A program made the position numbers and the translations under genes. Below, piece by piece: positions 17,535-27,602 of a stretch of DNA of 64,000 nt. The notes under the pieces were generated by a model, which did no database searches, was not told the DNA's origin, and saw only the letters and a program-made list of their open reading frames with translations. Where the stretch lies: assembly GCA_002479075.1 (NCBI GenBank), contig DLLG01000004.1, positions 373,205 through 437,204 of the forward strand, read 5' to 3'. The first letter of the stretch is position 1, and each line of letters opens with the position of its first letter. The DNA is from Clostridiales bacterium UBA7568 (lineage in GTDB: Bacteria > Bacillota > Clostridia > Oscillospirales > CAG-272).

Positions 17535-17574
17535 CTCAAATCTCTTGACAAACGAACGGTAGGTAGGTATAATA
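17528..17574 (+). promoter_or_regulatory. consensus promoter block, copy 1 (shared with 31830-31876)
   Basis: TTGACA 17545-17550, spacer aacgaacggtaggtagg (17 nt), TATAAT 17568-17573. About 47 nt are nearly identical to the block upstream of the YoaP-like gene. Confidence 0.75.
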
Positions 17575-17617
17575 TATAGATGAGTGATGCTCAATAAACT
17601 ATTTTGGAGATTGTGCT

Positions 17618-18238
17618 ATGGAAAAAGGAAACACCAAACAGGAAATTCTGGAGGCGGCGCTTGACCTGTTTTCAACACAGGGATTCGAGGCGACATCTGT
17701 TTCGCAAATCGCAGATGCGGTTGGTATACGCAAGGCTTCGCTTTACAGTCATTTTGCAAGCAAGCAGGAGATTTTAGAATCGTTAATGACGCAGGTTCTG
17801 GAGCAATACAATAAACATTCGATTTTTATCCATACCGATTGGGATAACGCTGCTTTTGCCGAAGCCAAGCAAAGTTTATCGGCTGAAGAAGTTGAACAAT
17901 TGGTTTTTACGCAGATCCGCTATATTTTGCACGACCCTTTGGTAAGCAAAGCCCGTAAAATGCTGACAATAGAACAGTTTCGTAATGCGCAAATGGCAGA
18001 GCTCCAGACCAAACAGAATTACGCGAATGTTATGAAATATTTTACCAACCTTATGCGTTTTTTCATTCAACGCGGGAAATTGAAAGACTGCGATGCGGAA
18101 ATTATGGCGGCGCAGTTATGCCTGCCGGTTTCCGTCTGGATCAATCTTTGTGATCGTGAGCCGGAGCGCGAGGACGAAGTTATAGAGCTTGTCGGGCGGC
18201 ACATACGGCAGTTTTTTGAAATGTATAAGGAGCAATAA
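17618..18238 (+). CDS. TetR/AcrR family transcriptional regulator
   Basis: N-terminal HTH ILEAALDLFSTQGFEATSVSQIADAVGIRKASLYSHF. Confidence 0.9.
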   Translation: MEKGNTKQEILEAALDLFSTQGFEATSVSQIADAVGIRKASLYSHFASKQEILESLMTQVLEQYNKHSIFIHTDWDNAAFAEAKQSLSAEEVEQLVFTQIRYILHDPLVSKARKMLTIEQFRNAQMAELQTKQNYANVMKYFTNLMRFFIQRGKLKDCDAEIMAAQLCLPVSVWINLCDREPEREDEVIELVGRHIRQFFEMYKEQ

Positions 18239-18243
18239 TTAAA

Positions 18244-18990
18244 ATGAAATCACAGCAATGCCTGAATGCAAATCATTTAAAGCTTATTGCGATTCTTGCT
18301 ATGACGATAGACCACATATGCGATTTGCTTTATCCCGGCTTTCCGACCGAGCCTGCGGCAATCGGATTACATATTGTTGGGCGGTTGACGGCTCCGATTA
18401 TGTGGTTTTTTGTGTGCGAAGGATATTATTACACGCGCAATGTTAAAAAATATATGTTGCGGATGGGAATTTTCGCGCTGATTTCGCATTTTGCATATTG
18501 CTTTGCGTTCGGAATAAATATGATCCCGTTCAGCACGGGAATCTTTAATCAGACAAGCGTAATGTATCCGTTGTTTGTTGCCATTGTGGTTATGTGGATG
18601 CAGGATAATGATTTGCCGATGAAAAATTGGGTAAAGAATTCGCTTATCGTTTTATTGATTTTGAGCGCATTTCCTGCAGATTGGAGCTGTATCGCGATAT
18701 TTGCGATATTGGGGATGCATAAAAACAGAGGCAACTTAAAAAAACAGATGACGGTTATGTTTTTATGTGTTGCCGTGTATTCGGCGGTGTCATTCTTTTT
18801 TGTGAGCAGGAGCTATGCTTTGGTACAATTCGGCGTTTTGCTTGTTTACCCGTTCTTAAAAATGTATAACGGCAAGAAGGGAACGGCAAATTGGATGAAG
18901 TGGTTTTTCTATCTGTATTATCCGCTGCACCTTGTCGCGGTCGGAATTCTCCGCATCTGCATTTACGGAAATATTGGTTTATTGTTTTAA
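18244..18990 (+). CDS. TraX family membrane protein
   Basis: LKLIAILAMTIDHI start and a polytopic profile typical of TraX-like acyltransferase-family proteins. RBS AAGGAG. Confidence 0.75.
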   Translation: MKSQQCLNANHLKLIAILAMTIDHICDLLYPGFPTEPAAIGLHIVGRLTAPIMWFFVCEGYYYTRNVKKYMLRMGIFALISHFAYCFAFGINMIPFSTGIFNQTSVMYPLFVAIVVMWMQDNDLPMKNWVKNSLIVLLILSAFPADWSCIAIFAILGMHKNRGNLKKQMTVMFLCVAVYSAVSFFFVSRSYALVQFGVLLVYPFLKMYNGKKGTANWMKWFFYLYYPLHLVAVGILRICIYGNIGLLF

Positions 18991-19005
18991 CGAGGATAAA
19001 TCAGA

Positions 19006-19638
19006 ATGGGTATTTTCAAGGAGAAAACAAAAGACAGGAATATGCAGATACGAAAAATATGGCTGATCGCTGCAATTGTTGTAGTCATCCTGTCAATTGT
19101 CGCGGCTATTAGCTTTCTTGCATACATAAGCCCGCCGAAAGACGAGGTTGAATCCTTTAATTATCCGCCGGAATTCTTCTGCGCAGGCGCAGAGAACCGT
19201 ATTGACTACCAGACAGACGGAAAATGCGCAGCCTATGCCGCCGCTTATCTGATACGGCATTTCGGAGAGGAGGCGGACGGGGAAGAACTGTTTCGGGAAT
19301 TGAAACGACCGTTTGGCTTCGCTTCTGCAAACAGCATAGCGGATATTCTGAGGCGGCGCGGGCATCGGGCAAAAGCCTGCCACGGAAGCATTGACACATT
19401 GAAGCAGCGGCTGACAGAGGGGAATCCGATCATCGTTTTCATCAGAATTTCGGGAGATACGCACTATGCTGTCGTTGTCGGCTATGACGAGCAATATGTT
19501 TATCTGGCGGATTCTCTTGCGGAAAACACCAATGCGTCGGAGGAGCAATACAATCGTGTGTTGAGGGCGGAAGATTTTGAAGCCGTATGGAAAACGGGAA
19601 CACTGCTTCCCGACAACATTTATATCATATTCTTCTAA
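19006..19638 (+). CDS. membrane-anchored C39-like cysteine peptidase domain protein
   Basis: N-terminal TM segment. Candidate catalytic Cys (DGKCAAYAAAYL) and His (GDTHYAVVVGYD) are in the order seen in Peptidase_C39-like proteins. Confidence 0.6.
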   Translation: MGIFKEKTKDRNMQIRKIWLIAAIVVVILSIVAAISFLAYISPPKDEVESFNYPPEFFCAGAENRIDYQTDGKCAAYAAAYLIRHFGEEADGEELFRELKRPFGFASANSIADILRRRGHRAKACHGSIDTLKQRLTEGNPIIVFIRISGDTHYAVVVGYDEQYVYLADSLAENTNASEEQYNRVLRAEDFEAVWKTGTLLPDNIYIIFF

Positions 19639-19685
19639 AAACAGATAAGTATGAGCAGTTATCAGAAAGGGGGAAGTCGCAGACG

Positions 19686-20555
19686 ATGATATTCTTGCTT
19701 TTTTTACCTTTGGTTTTACTTGTGTGCTTCTTTTGCATCGCCTTTTTGGTCAATTCTGCGATGTTCAAGCCATACAAAAAAATAAAGCCACCGACCGATG
19801 GGCGCAAGGTGACCTTCCGTAGCGGCAGAAACCGTCTCGCAGGTTATCTCTGGAATGAGGCGGGAACGCGCGGTCTCATTGTTTTTGCACACGGAATGGG
19901 AACCGGAATCGAATATTATCTTCCGGAAATTCACCATTTTGCCGCTCAGGGATATAAGGTATTCGCCTTTGAATACAGCGGATACCCGGGCAGTTCCGGA
20001 CATTTTTACGGTTTCCCGCAGGCGGTGATCGATCTGAAAAATGCACTTAATTTTATCGATGACGGCCCACTTCCCGTCATTTTGGCGGGGCACAGTATGG
20101 GTGCATACGCCGTTTGTGCGGTGCGGCAATGCGCAGATAAACAGGTGGACGGGATCGTCGCCTATGCGCCGTTTTTCTCATCGGATGAGGCTGTTATCGC
20201 GGAGGCGACCGGAAAAAATCAAAAATGTGGAAGGCTTCTGTGCGGGCTGATTCTGCCGATACAGCGCCTTTTGTTCGGCAGGAACTGCAATCCGACCGCT
20301 GTTGCGGGGCTTTTTCGCGCCAACGTGCCGACGCTTATTTTGCAAGGCAGCGAGGATGTTGAAGTTATCCCCGACGGTTGCGCTCTGTATGCGCACCGAG
20401 ACGAGCTGGCTGATGCTCCAGTTACCTTTCGGCTGATTGATGAAGAAGAAAGCAACGGGCATATGACGATAGTGCGGAAGAATGGCAGTCAAACGGTCAA
20501 TGAAGATACCATCCGTCAGGTCGATGAGTTTCTTTGCACGATACCGCATCGATAA
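19686..20555 (+). CDS. alpha/beta hydrolase with N-terminal membrane anchor
   Basis: ORF 19587..20555 trimmed to ATG 19686 (MIFLLFLPLVLL..). Nucleophile elbow GHSMGA. The His-containing C-terminal segment is ESNGHM. Confidence 0.8.
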   Translation: MIFLLFLPLVLLVCFFCIAFLVNSAMFKPYKKIKPPTDGRKVTFRSGRNRLAGYLWNEAGTRGLIVFAHGMGTGIEYYLPEIHHFAAQGYKVFAFEYSGYPGSSGHFYGFPQAVIDLKNALNFIDDGPLPVILAGHSMGAYAVCAVRQCADKQVDGIVAYAPFFSSDEAVIAEATGKNQKCGRLLCGLILPIQRLLFGRNCNPTAVAGLFRANVPTLILQGSEDVEVIPDGCALYAHRDELADAPVTFRLIDEEESNGHMTIVRKNGSQTVNEDTIRQVDEFLCTIPHR

Positions 20556-20644
20556 AATTTGAAAAAACTTGCAGCAATAATCCTGTCATAAATCGGCGCG
20601 GAGCCGATGACATCGGAAAAACGATATTTAAGGGGTAACATATT

Positions 20645-21139
20645 ATGAAAAATAGTGCGCTGGTTGTAATAGACCTGCAAAACGATATTACAAAGAACTA
20701 CAAAGAGATAATCGGGAGGGTAAACGAGGCTGTTGACTGGGCAATGGCGGGGAATATTCCCGTCGTTTATATTTGCAATCATAATCTTTCCGCAGTAGCG
20801 AGGACATTCAAGCCGGGAACGCGCGGCGCGAAATTTGTACCGGAGCTGAAAGTCGTATCCGACCATATTTTCGCAAAGTCAAAAAGTAATGCGCTGACAA
20901 GCGAGGAGTTTGCGGCTTTTATCGGGGAAAACGGCATTACCGAGTTTTATATTGTCGGTGCGGACGCTGCGGCTTGTATCAAGTCCACCTGTTTTAATAT
21001 GGCAAAAAGCGGATACACCGTTTATGTGCTTTCGGACTGTATAACGAGTTATGATAAAAAGAAACTGCCCGAAATGCTTGCTTATTACGAAAGCAAGGGC
21101 TGTTCCGTTGTGACACTCGGAGAAATTATCAATAGCTGA
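20645..21139 (+). CDS. isochorismatase-family cysteine hydrolase
   Basis: ALVVIDLQNDI start motif, 164 aa, RBS AAGGGG. Confidence 0.75.
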   Translation: MKNSALVVIDLQNDITKNYKEIIGRVNEAVDWAMAGNIPVVYICNHNLSAVARTFKPGTRGAKFVPELKVVSDHIFAKSKSNALTSEEFAAFIGENGITEFYIVGADAAACIKSTCFNMAKSGYTVYVLSDCITSYDKKKLPEMLAYYESKGCSVVTLGEIINS

Positions 21140-21263
21140 AAATAGTATTAGAAAAGGTTTTTGTAATGGAAATAAGCGGCTTGTGCCCGCTTGGGCACGA
21201 CCGCAATTTTATTTGCTCACAGGACTATCAAACGATAGGCAATTATGAATTTTGGAGGACGAT

Positions 21264-21695
21264 ATGGATATATGGGAAGAACTTTATACTCAAGCAAAAA
21301 AAGAGTATCATCCGGAGGATGTAAGCCCTTTTATCCAAGCACATCACGTTGTATGTGCCTTGGAAAGCGAGGACGGGAGGATTTATACGGGCTTTTGCAT
21401 TGAGTCGTGCAGCGGTGTTATGAACCTATGCGCAGAGCGGGTCGCCGCTCTGAATATGTATGCAAGCAGCGGTCAGACGAAAATAAAAAGGTTGATTGCC
21501 TTTCGGGACAGGGCGCCCTATGGCGGCGGGAGCGGAATGCCGTGCGGCGCGTGCCGGGAATTTCTGTATCAGCTGAATGAAGAGAATGAAGATACGGAAA
21601 TTATGGTGGATTATGAAAGCCGGGAAACCGTTACTCTTGGGGAACTGATGCCCGGCTTTTGGGGAAAAGAACGTTATTCCGGAGATAATAAGTAA
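21264..21695 (+). CDS. cytidine/deoxycytidylate deaminase-fold protein (cytidine or blasticidin-S deaminase-like)
   Basis: Zinc-binding motifs CAE (LCAERVA) and PCGACREF. ATG 21264 follows GGAGGA. Confidence 0.8.
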   Translation: MDIWEELYTQAKKEYHPEDVSPFIQAHHVVCALESEDGRIYTGFCIESCSGVMNLCAERVAALNMYASSGQTKIKRLIAFRDRAPYGGGSGMPCGACREFLYQLNEENEDTEIMVDYESRETVTLGELMPGFWGKERYSGDNK

Positions 21696-21726
21696 AAAAC
21701 TTTAATCAAAGCTCGGAGAAATAAAA

Positions 21727-22041
21727 ATGAATACAATTTTGAATTTTATTCATACGGCGGGAAATGCGCTTTTGCGCTCCCTCCGCAACGCCACATTCTG
21801 TTGGGTGGCGGCGGGTCTGGCGATCGCAATTCCGGTCGCTCGCGGCGTAATAAAGAAAAAGAGCGGCAAAAAGCAAGATATTAGCTACGGCTTGGAAGGG
21901 ATGAGCCTCGGTATGTGCTTCGGTCTGCTGGGCGGAACAATGTTTGAGGGATATATCGGCGTCGGTATTTCAATCGGAATGATCGCTGGGCTTGTTATCG
22001 GTATGTGTATCCAGAAAAAGCAGGAGGATGAGAGTAGATGA
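21727..22041 (+). CDS. small membrane protein, unknown function
   Basis: Two or three hydrophobic, Gly-rich segments (GMSLGMCFGLLGGTMFEGYIGVGISIGMIAGLVIGM). RBS GGAGA. Confidence 0.5.
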   Translation: MNTILNFIHTAGNALLRSLRNATFCWVAAGLAIAIPVARGVIKKKSGKKQDISYGLEGMSLGMCFGLLGGTMFEGYIGVGISIGMIAGLVIGMCIQKKQEDESR

Positions 22042-22409
22042 GGCGGAAGTTAATAATCATCTTGCTCTTGGGGCTTGCTGTCCTTTTGGCTGCCTGCAAT
22101 CAAAGGGGATTTGACGGAACCCGCGTGGCAAATCCGGATTCTTATCGATTGGACATCGAGAAAATGACAGGAACGGACACTCACGTTTTGGAGCTGAATG
22201 CGGGCGATACGCTGGAAATTCATTTTGAAACCGAACGCGGAAAATTGCAGATTGAAATCAAAGCGCCGGACGGCACGCTCATTTATGCAGGCAACGGAGA
22301 GGAAGCTACCGATTTTACCGTAAATATTTCCGAGGGCGGCGAGTATTCCGTTTGCGTGAAAGCGAAAGGCGCCAAAGGAAGGATTTATATTCAGCGGATA
22401 GCGATATAA
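22038..22409 (+). CDS. small lipoprotein, unknown function
   Basis: Start overlaps the previous stop (ATGA). Lipobox LLAAC. RBS AGGAGG. Confidence 0.55.
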   Translation: MRRKLIIILLLGLAVLLAACNQRGFDGTRVANPDSYRLDIEKMTGTDTHVLELNAGDTLEIHFETERGKLQIEIKAPDGTLIYAGNGEEATDFTVNISEGGEYSVCVKAKGAKGRIYIQRIAI

Positions 22410-22429
22410 GTAGTGCAGGAGAAAATAAA

Positions 22430-23173
22430 ATGAAAAAATTATATGAGAAAAGCCAGCTGACCTTTGCGATTGTATGGATTGTGGTTTATTGCGTTCTGCA
22501 ATCGCTTGCGAATCCGCTGAACAAAATGATAGGCATTGAATACTCGGCAAGTGCGTTTTTTTGCGTCTTACAGACAATCGTTCTATTGACCTTTATTCTG
22601 AAAAACAAATTACATAAGCGGTATGGACTTTGCAGATCTCCCGTTCCGGTAAGGAGATTTCTTTTTTATCTGCCGCTTGTCGCTTTGGCTTCGGGAAACC
22701 TCTGGAACGGCGTTGCGATCAATTATTCACCTGCGGAGACTGTCTGTCGCATTGCGTGTATGCTTTGCGTCGGTTTTTTGGAGGAAGTTATTTTTCGGGG
22801 GCTTCTGTTTGTTGCCATCGCAAAGAATAATATAAAATCCGCTGTTATCATATCAAGCGTGACCTTTGGAATCGGACATATTATCAACCTGTTCAACGGT
22901 AGCGGTATGGATCTTGTGAGCAACTTGTGCCAGATTGTTTTTGCGATTGCTGTCGGTTTTTTGCTGGTTACGATTTTTTATCGCGGCGGAAGCCTCTTCC
23001 CCTGTATCATCGTTCATTCCGCAATCAACACTCTCGGCACTTTTGCAAATGACGCAAGCCTTACGGCGGGAATGCACCTGATTCATCTCGCTGTTCTGAT
23101 TGTAATTACGGTTGCCTATACCTTAATTCTGACAAAAACGCTTCCGAAAGGTCAGTTGACAGAAGAGAATTGA
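22430..23173 (+). CDS. CPBP family intramembrane glutamic endopeptidase (CAAX/Abi-like)
   Basis: ORF 22352..23173 trimmed to ATG 22430. Motifs EEVIFRG, FGIGH and HSAIN are present. Confidence 0.85.
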   Translation: MKKLYEKSQLTFAIVWIVVYCVLQSLANPLNKMIGIEYSASAFFCVLQTIVLLTFILKNKLHKRYGLCRSPVPVRRFLFYLPLVALASGNLWNGVAINYSPAETVCRIACMLCVGFLEEVIFRGLLFVAIAKNNIKSAVIISSVTFGIGHIINLFNGSGMDLVSNLCQIVFAIAVGFLLVTIFYRGGSLFPCIIVHSAINTLGTFANDASLTAGMHLIHLAVLIVITVAYTLILTKTLPKGQLTEEN

Positions 23174-23599
23174 AACAAAAATTCAGGAGGGGAAAACTAT
23201 GCCGATGTGGATATAAGCTGTACCCATGAGTCAGGGTAATACCGATATATTATTGTTGATAAATATTTATGCGTGTATTCTGTTTTAGAATTAAAATACC
23301 AAAATGTGATATTTGAACATTTTCATTTACTCAGCATGTGGAATTTGGGGCATTTATTAATTAAAAAAATGATACGAATATTTTCTTAGAAGAATGAAAA
23401 TTTATGAATGAAAAAATGTCGGAAAAATCAAACCATGTTGAACTCGACCGATTTTAATAGAATTGAAAAAGATTATTTTAATACATCGATGTGCTTTATA
23501 ACCCCATTGCATCAGCATAAGAATTGAATGTGAACAATACAGAGTTAACATACTGCTAATTAAGAAACGGATAAAATTTACAAATAAAAACAGAGGAAA

Positions 23600-24034
23600 A
23601 TGGAGGAAATGCACTTGAAGCAATATAATGTTATCGTCGTTTTTGACCACGAAGCCCGTCATATACTTATGTGTATGCGTAGCAAAGAACCTTATAAGGG
23701 TAAATTCAATTTCATTGGCGGAAAAATTGAAAATGGTGAGATTCATTTACAAGCGGCTTATCGCGAATTATATGAGGAAACATCTATTACGAGTGATGAT
23801 ATTAAATTAATTCATGTGATGGATTTTGTCTTTCATATAACCAATTGTAGTGTTGAACTATATGTCGGTAAGTTAAATAGGCAAGTAAAGCTTATAGAGG
23901 AAGAAAACCCCTTATTTTGGGTAGAACTTTCGAGGGATTTTAGTGATTTAAACTGCTTTGCTGGCGATGGGGATATTGCATATATTATGAAATATCTTGA
24001 TAATTTAGGGTTGAATAATATATTGAATCATTAG
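23600..24034 (+). CDS. NUDIX hydrolase (on an AT-rich segment)
   Basis: Nudix box GGKIENGEIHLQAAYRELYEETSI. Confidence 0.8.
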   Translation: MEEMHLKQYNVIVVFDHEARHILMCMRSKEPYKGKFNFIGGKIENGEIHLQAAYRELYEETSITSDDIKLIHVMDFVFHITNCSVELYVGKLNRQVKLIEEENPLFWVELSRDFSDLNCFAGDGDIAYIMKYLDNLGLNNILNH

Positions 24035-24098
24035 GACGCACGAACCCAATATATATTTATTGCCGTTTAAATTATTTAATAATAAACAATAAATACGT

Positions 24099-24818
24099 AT
24101 GCTTATGCACTCAGCAGTAAAGTATAGGTGCAGCGAGGGCTGCCTGCATTGCTATATACATAAGGGCGACGCCAAACGGGGTGTCGATACGAGCGTGATC
24201 GTCCGGACCAAGGACTTCGATAAGCCGGTGGCACAGCTCAAAAAGGGCGGTTATAAAATGAAGCCGGGGCTTGTATATCTCGGCTTTTCCACCGACTTTC
24301 TCATCGAAGAAGCCGACGCTTGGCGTAGCGAATGCTGGAAAATGATCAAAGAGCGGTCAGACTGTAGCTTTCTCTTCCTGACAAAGCGCATTGAACGGTT
24401 CTCTCGGTGTATGCCGGAGGATTGGGCGGACGGATATGAGAATGTTACCGTGTGCTGTACAATTGAGAATCAGCGCAATGCGGACAAAAAGCTGTCTGTA
24501 TTTCGGTCGTTGCCTATCAAACACAAGTGCATCACAGCACAGCCGCTTATCGAGCGCGTGAATTTGGAGCCGTATTTAGACGGCGTGGAACTTGTCGTTG
24601 TCGGCGGAGAGTCAGACAAGGAAGCGAGACCGCTCGACTATGACTGGGTGCTTGACATTCGTGAGCAGTGCATCCGGAAGCAGGTCAATTTTGAGTTCCG
24701 TCAATGCGGAACGCACTTCATCAAAGACGGCAGGAAGTATAAGTTGCAGACAAAAGATATTTGCAGGCAGGCGCGTCTGGCCGGTATCGACTACAAGTGC
24801 ACGAATGAATTACTTTAA
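24099..24818 (+). pseudogene. DUF5131 (phage Gp37/Gp68 family) gene, apparently missing its native 5' end
   Basis: Family features are CSEGCLHCY near the N-terminus and GGESDKEARPLDYDWVLDIREQC...FEFRQCG. The first ATG (24099) has no SD and abuts AT-rich DNA. An orphaned SD plus ATGCCGATGTGG start lies at 23186-23210. Confidence 0.6.
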
Positions 24819-24841
24819 TTTTAAAGACGGAGACCAACGGA

Positions 24842-25750
24842 ATGAATAACAAAGCCAGTATTACCGCCCTGATGAGTTCCTTCGGACGGGCGTTTCACGC
24901 AGAAAACGAAGAACATCCGGTTTTTGCGGATTATCTTGCCAAAGGACTTATGACGGAAGAAGAATATGCCGCTGTCGGGAGCTATATCATTGGCGGAGCA
25001 CGGTTTTTTGAACCGGAGACAGATCCCGAGAAACAGGAGCCGAGGGAGCTTTTGCGCAGGCTTGTAAACGTTCATATCGCGCCGTCGCCGCTTTGTCGTG
25101 CGGTGTATACGGAACAGGCGCTGAAGGCAGCTGCTCTGACCGGCACCGGGCAATATGTCATCCTCGGCGCAGGCCTTGATACCTTTGCTTTTCGGGAAAA
25201 AGAGTTTTCATCAAAGCACCGGGTGTTTGAGGTTGATCATCCCCTGACCCATGCGGACAAAAAGGAAAGGATTGCCCGCGCCGGCTGGACGATTCCCGCA
25301 AATCTCACCTTTGTTCCCGTAGATTTTGCAAAGGACAGCTTGACGGAACGTTTGATCGCCTACGGCTTTGATCCGTCTGCAAAATCTTTTTTCTCCTGGC
25401 TCGGGGTTACGTATTATCTCTCGGAGGAGGCAATCGGTAAAACTCTTGCCGAGCTTTCGTCGCTTTGCGCGGACGGTAGCGCGCTTGTGTTCGATTATCC
25501 GGACGAGAACTTCTTTGACGCCGCCGAAAGGCGCGTGCAGAACACCATAATGATGGCAAAAGCGGGCGGGGAACCGATGCAATCGTCGTTTTCATATTCG
25601 GAGCTTGAATGGCTGCTTAAAAAGTACGGATTTATGATTTACGAGCTATTGACGCCGGGTGATATTCAAAGAGATATTATCGGCAGGGCGGGAGCGGAAA
25701 TGAAAGCCTTTGAGCACGTTAATTATTGCCTTGCCGTAAGGAAAAACTAA
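24842..25750 (+). CDS. class I SAM-dependent methyltransferase (leucine carboxyl / TcmP-like O-methyltransferase family)
   Basis: SITALMSSFGRAFH N-terminus and motif I VILGAGLDTFAFR. Confidence 0.8.
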   Translation: MNNKASITALMSSFGRAFHAENEEHPVFADYLAKGLMTEEEYAAVGSYIIGGARFFEPETDPEKQEPRELLRRLVNVHIAPSPLCRAVYTEQALKAAALTGTGQYVILGAGLDTFAFREKEFSSKHRVFEVDHPLTHADKKERIARAGWTIPANLTFVPVDFAKDSLTERLIAYGFDPSAKSFFSWLGVTYYLSEEAIGKTLAELSSLCADGSALVFDYPDENFFDAAERRVQNTIMMAKAGGEPMQSSFSYSELEWLLKKYGFMIYELLTPGDIQRDIIGRAGAEMKAFEHVNYCLAVRKN

Positions 25751-25848
25751 TGCCTGCGGGGAAAGCGGCGGTCAGAACAGATATTTCGCTTGAGCTTGTT
25801 GCAGTGAAACCGAATAGAAAAAATGAAAAGTAAAAAGGAAGAAATGCT

Positions 25849-26388
25849 ATGAAAAATTCATCTTATGAAATTGTCCGTGCGCAGGCAGGGGACGCCGCCG
25901 CATTATTGGAGTATCTGAAAATCATCGGCGGAGAGACAGATAACCTCAGCTTCGGTCCGGAGGGGGTGCCGCTTGACGAGGAAGCCGAGCGAGCCTATCT
26001 CGCTATGCAGGCAGAGTCGAACGACAATATTCAGCTTCTTGCCAAGGTAAACGGGGAGATTATCGGTACCGCCAGTCTTAACCGCAAGCGCGGCCGTATG
26101 AATCACCGTGCGGAATTCGGTATCAGCCTGAAAAAGGTATGGTGGGGATGCGGCGCAGCAACCGTTTTGGCGGAGGGTGTGCTTGCTTTTGCGAGAAAAG
26201 CCGGAATAGAGCAGGTAAATCTTGAAGTCCGAAGCGACAACAAACGTGCCATTGCGCTTTATGAAAAGCTCGGCTTTTGCAAGCTGTGCACGTTCCCCGG
26301 CTTTTTCAAAATCAAGGGTGAGTTGATCGATTTTGACTTGATGAATCTTGACCTCACCTCTGCGGGGCAAAACGGCGAAGTGCTCTGA
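25849..26388 (+). CDS. GNAT family N-acetyltransferase
   Basis: Acetyl-CoA binding region WWGCGAATVLAEGVLAFARKAG and KRAIALYEKLGF. Confidence 0.85.
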   Translation: MKNSSYEIVRAQAGDAAALLEYLKIIGGETDNLSFGPEGVPLDEEAERAYLAMQAESNDNIQLLAKVNGEIIGTASLNRKRGRMNHRAEFGISLKKVWWGCGAATVLAEGVLAFARKAGIEQVNLEVRSDNKRAIALYEKLGFCKLCTFPGFFKIKGELIDFDLMNLDLTSAGQNGEVL

Positions 26389-26560
26389 AAATTATACACG
26401 AAAAAAATGATTTCAATAAGCTCATTTGTTGTCTCGGATGCGGCTGCCGGACTTTGCAGCGCATTGCTGCAAACAGCCGATTCGTCTTATAAAACACGGT
26501 GTGGCTACGCCCGGAGAAGTGATCTCATACAAATCAAGTGTGGCAAACAGGGGATAGGTT

Positions 26561-27385
26561 ATGGTAAAAATCATTGTATTATTGGAAAACACGAAGGATT
26601 CTCCGGACTTAAAGTGCAGGCACGGGCTTTCTCTTTACGCAGAGACGGAAGCTCATAAAATACTGTTTGATACGGGTCCGGACGATCTGTTTCTGAAAAA
26701 CGCCGGGGCGCTCGGTATTGATATTGCCGATGTTGACATTGCGGTAATTTCTCACGGGCATATCGATCATTGCGGCGGACTGAAATATTTTTTGGAGAAA
26801 AACAAAAAGGCGAAAATCTATATTCGCCCGCAAGCAATAGAAAAGCATTATGTCAAAGTCTTCGGGATTCCTTTCTATGCCGGGATGGACAGAACGCTTT
26901 TTTCGGAAGAACGATTTGTATTTACCGATGATGTTCATAGGGTGGACGGAGAGATTACGTTGTTTTCAAATGTCATCGGACAATTTCCGCTCCCAAAATC
27001 AGACGGCAATCTATTTGCGAAAAGAAACGGCAGGATGATTCCGGATGACTTTTGTCACGAGCAGAATCTTATTATCACCTCCGGCGGCAGTCGGATTTTG
27101 GTCTGCGGATGCGCACATACCGGTATTGTAAATATAGTCCGTCGGGCAAAAACGATTATCGGAAACGAGCCGACTGCGGTGATCGGCGGGATGCACCTTT
27201 ATAATCCGACGGGGAAACGCTATGAGAGCGACGGATACATAGCCGATGTTGCTGCCGCGCTTGCAGAGGAAAACTCATCTTATTACACCTGCCATTGCAC
27301 CGGAGAAAAAGCATACGAAAAAATGAAAACGTTCTTGGGCGCTCGCCTTGCTTACCTGCGCACGGGCGCGGAGCTTCGGATATAG
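26561..27385 (+). CDS. MBL-fold metallo-hydrolase
   Basis: HxHxDH motif ISHGHIDHCGG. RBS GGGGATAGG. Confidence 0.8.
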   Translation: MVKIIVLLENTKDSPDLKCRHGLSLYAETEAHKILFDTGPDDLFLKNAGALGIDIADVDIAVISHGHIDHCGGLKYFLEKNKKAKIYIRPQAIEKHYVKVFGIPFYAGMDRTLFSEERFVFTDDVHRVDGEITLFSNVIGQFPLPKSDGNLFAKRNGRMIPDDFCHEQNLIITSGGSRILVCGCAHTGIVNIVRRAKTIIGNEPTAVIGGMHLYNPTGKRYESDGYIADVAAALAEENSSYYTCHCTGEKAYEKMKTFLGARLAYLRTGAELRI

Positions 27386-27479
27386 CGCGATTTTGACAGC
27401 ACCGGTTGCATTTGCGGACATTCTCCGGTATCCGGACGTCTCAATTTAGAAAAAGGCATAAGAAAATCATTATATCTCC

Positions 27480-27602
27480 TTGACATTGGGAGAAAAATGT
27501 GATAAACTCTCCGATGTTCGCTCGGAGGGCGAGTTGTTCGGAGAAACAACAGCCGGATAAGGCGCAGACTGAAACGTCTGTTTCCTTATCCGGCTTTTTT
27601 GT
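27480..27602 (+). promoter_or_regulatory. promoter plus about 95-nt leader with an intrinsic terminator upstream of the MATE gene (candidate attenuator or riboswitch)
   Basis: TTGACA 27480-27485, 17-nt spacer ending TGA, TAAACT 27503-27508. Hairpins ctccga..tcggag and gttgtt..aacaac. Long terminator stem agccggataagg / ccttatccggct (27551-27594) plus T7, ending about 20 nt before the start codon. Confidence 0.6.

Noticed and set aside
23402-23746. A 114-aa minus-strand ORF in the AT-rich segment.
   Set aside because: It overlaps the start of the NUDIX gene on the opposite strand, has no SD, and gives the low-complexity Phe/Ile/Asn-rich translation expected from AT-rich non-coding DNA.
26407-26658. 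An 83-aa plus-strand ORF upstream of and overlapping the MBL hydrolase gene.
   Set aside because: It has no SD, it overlaps the better-supported MBL start at 26561 in another frame, and it has no motif.
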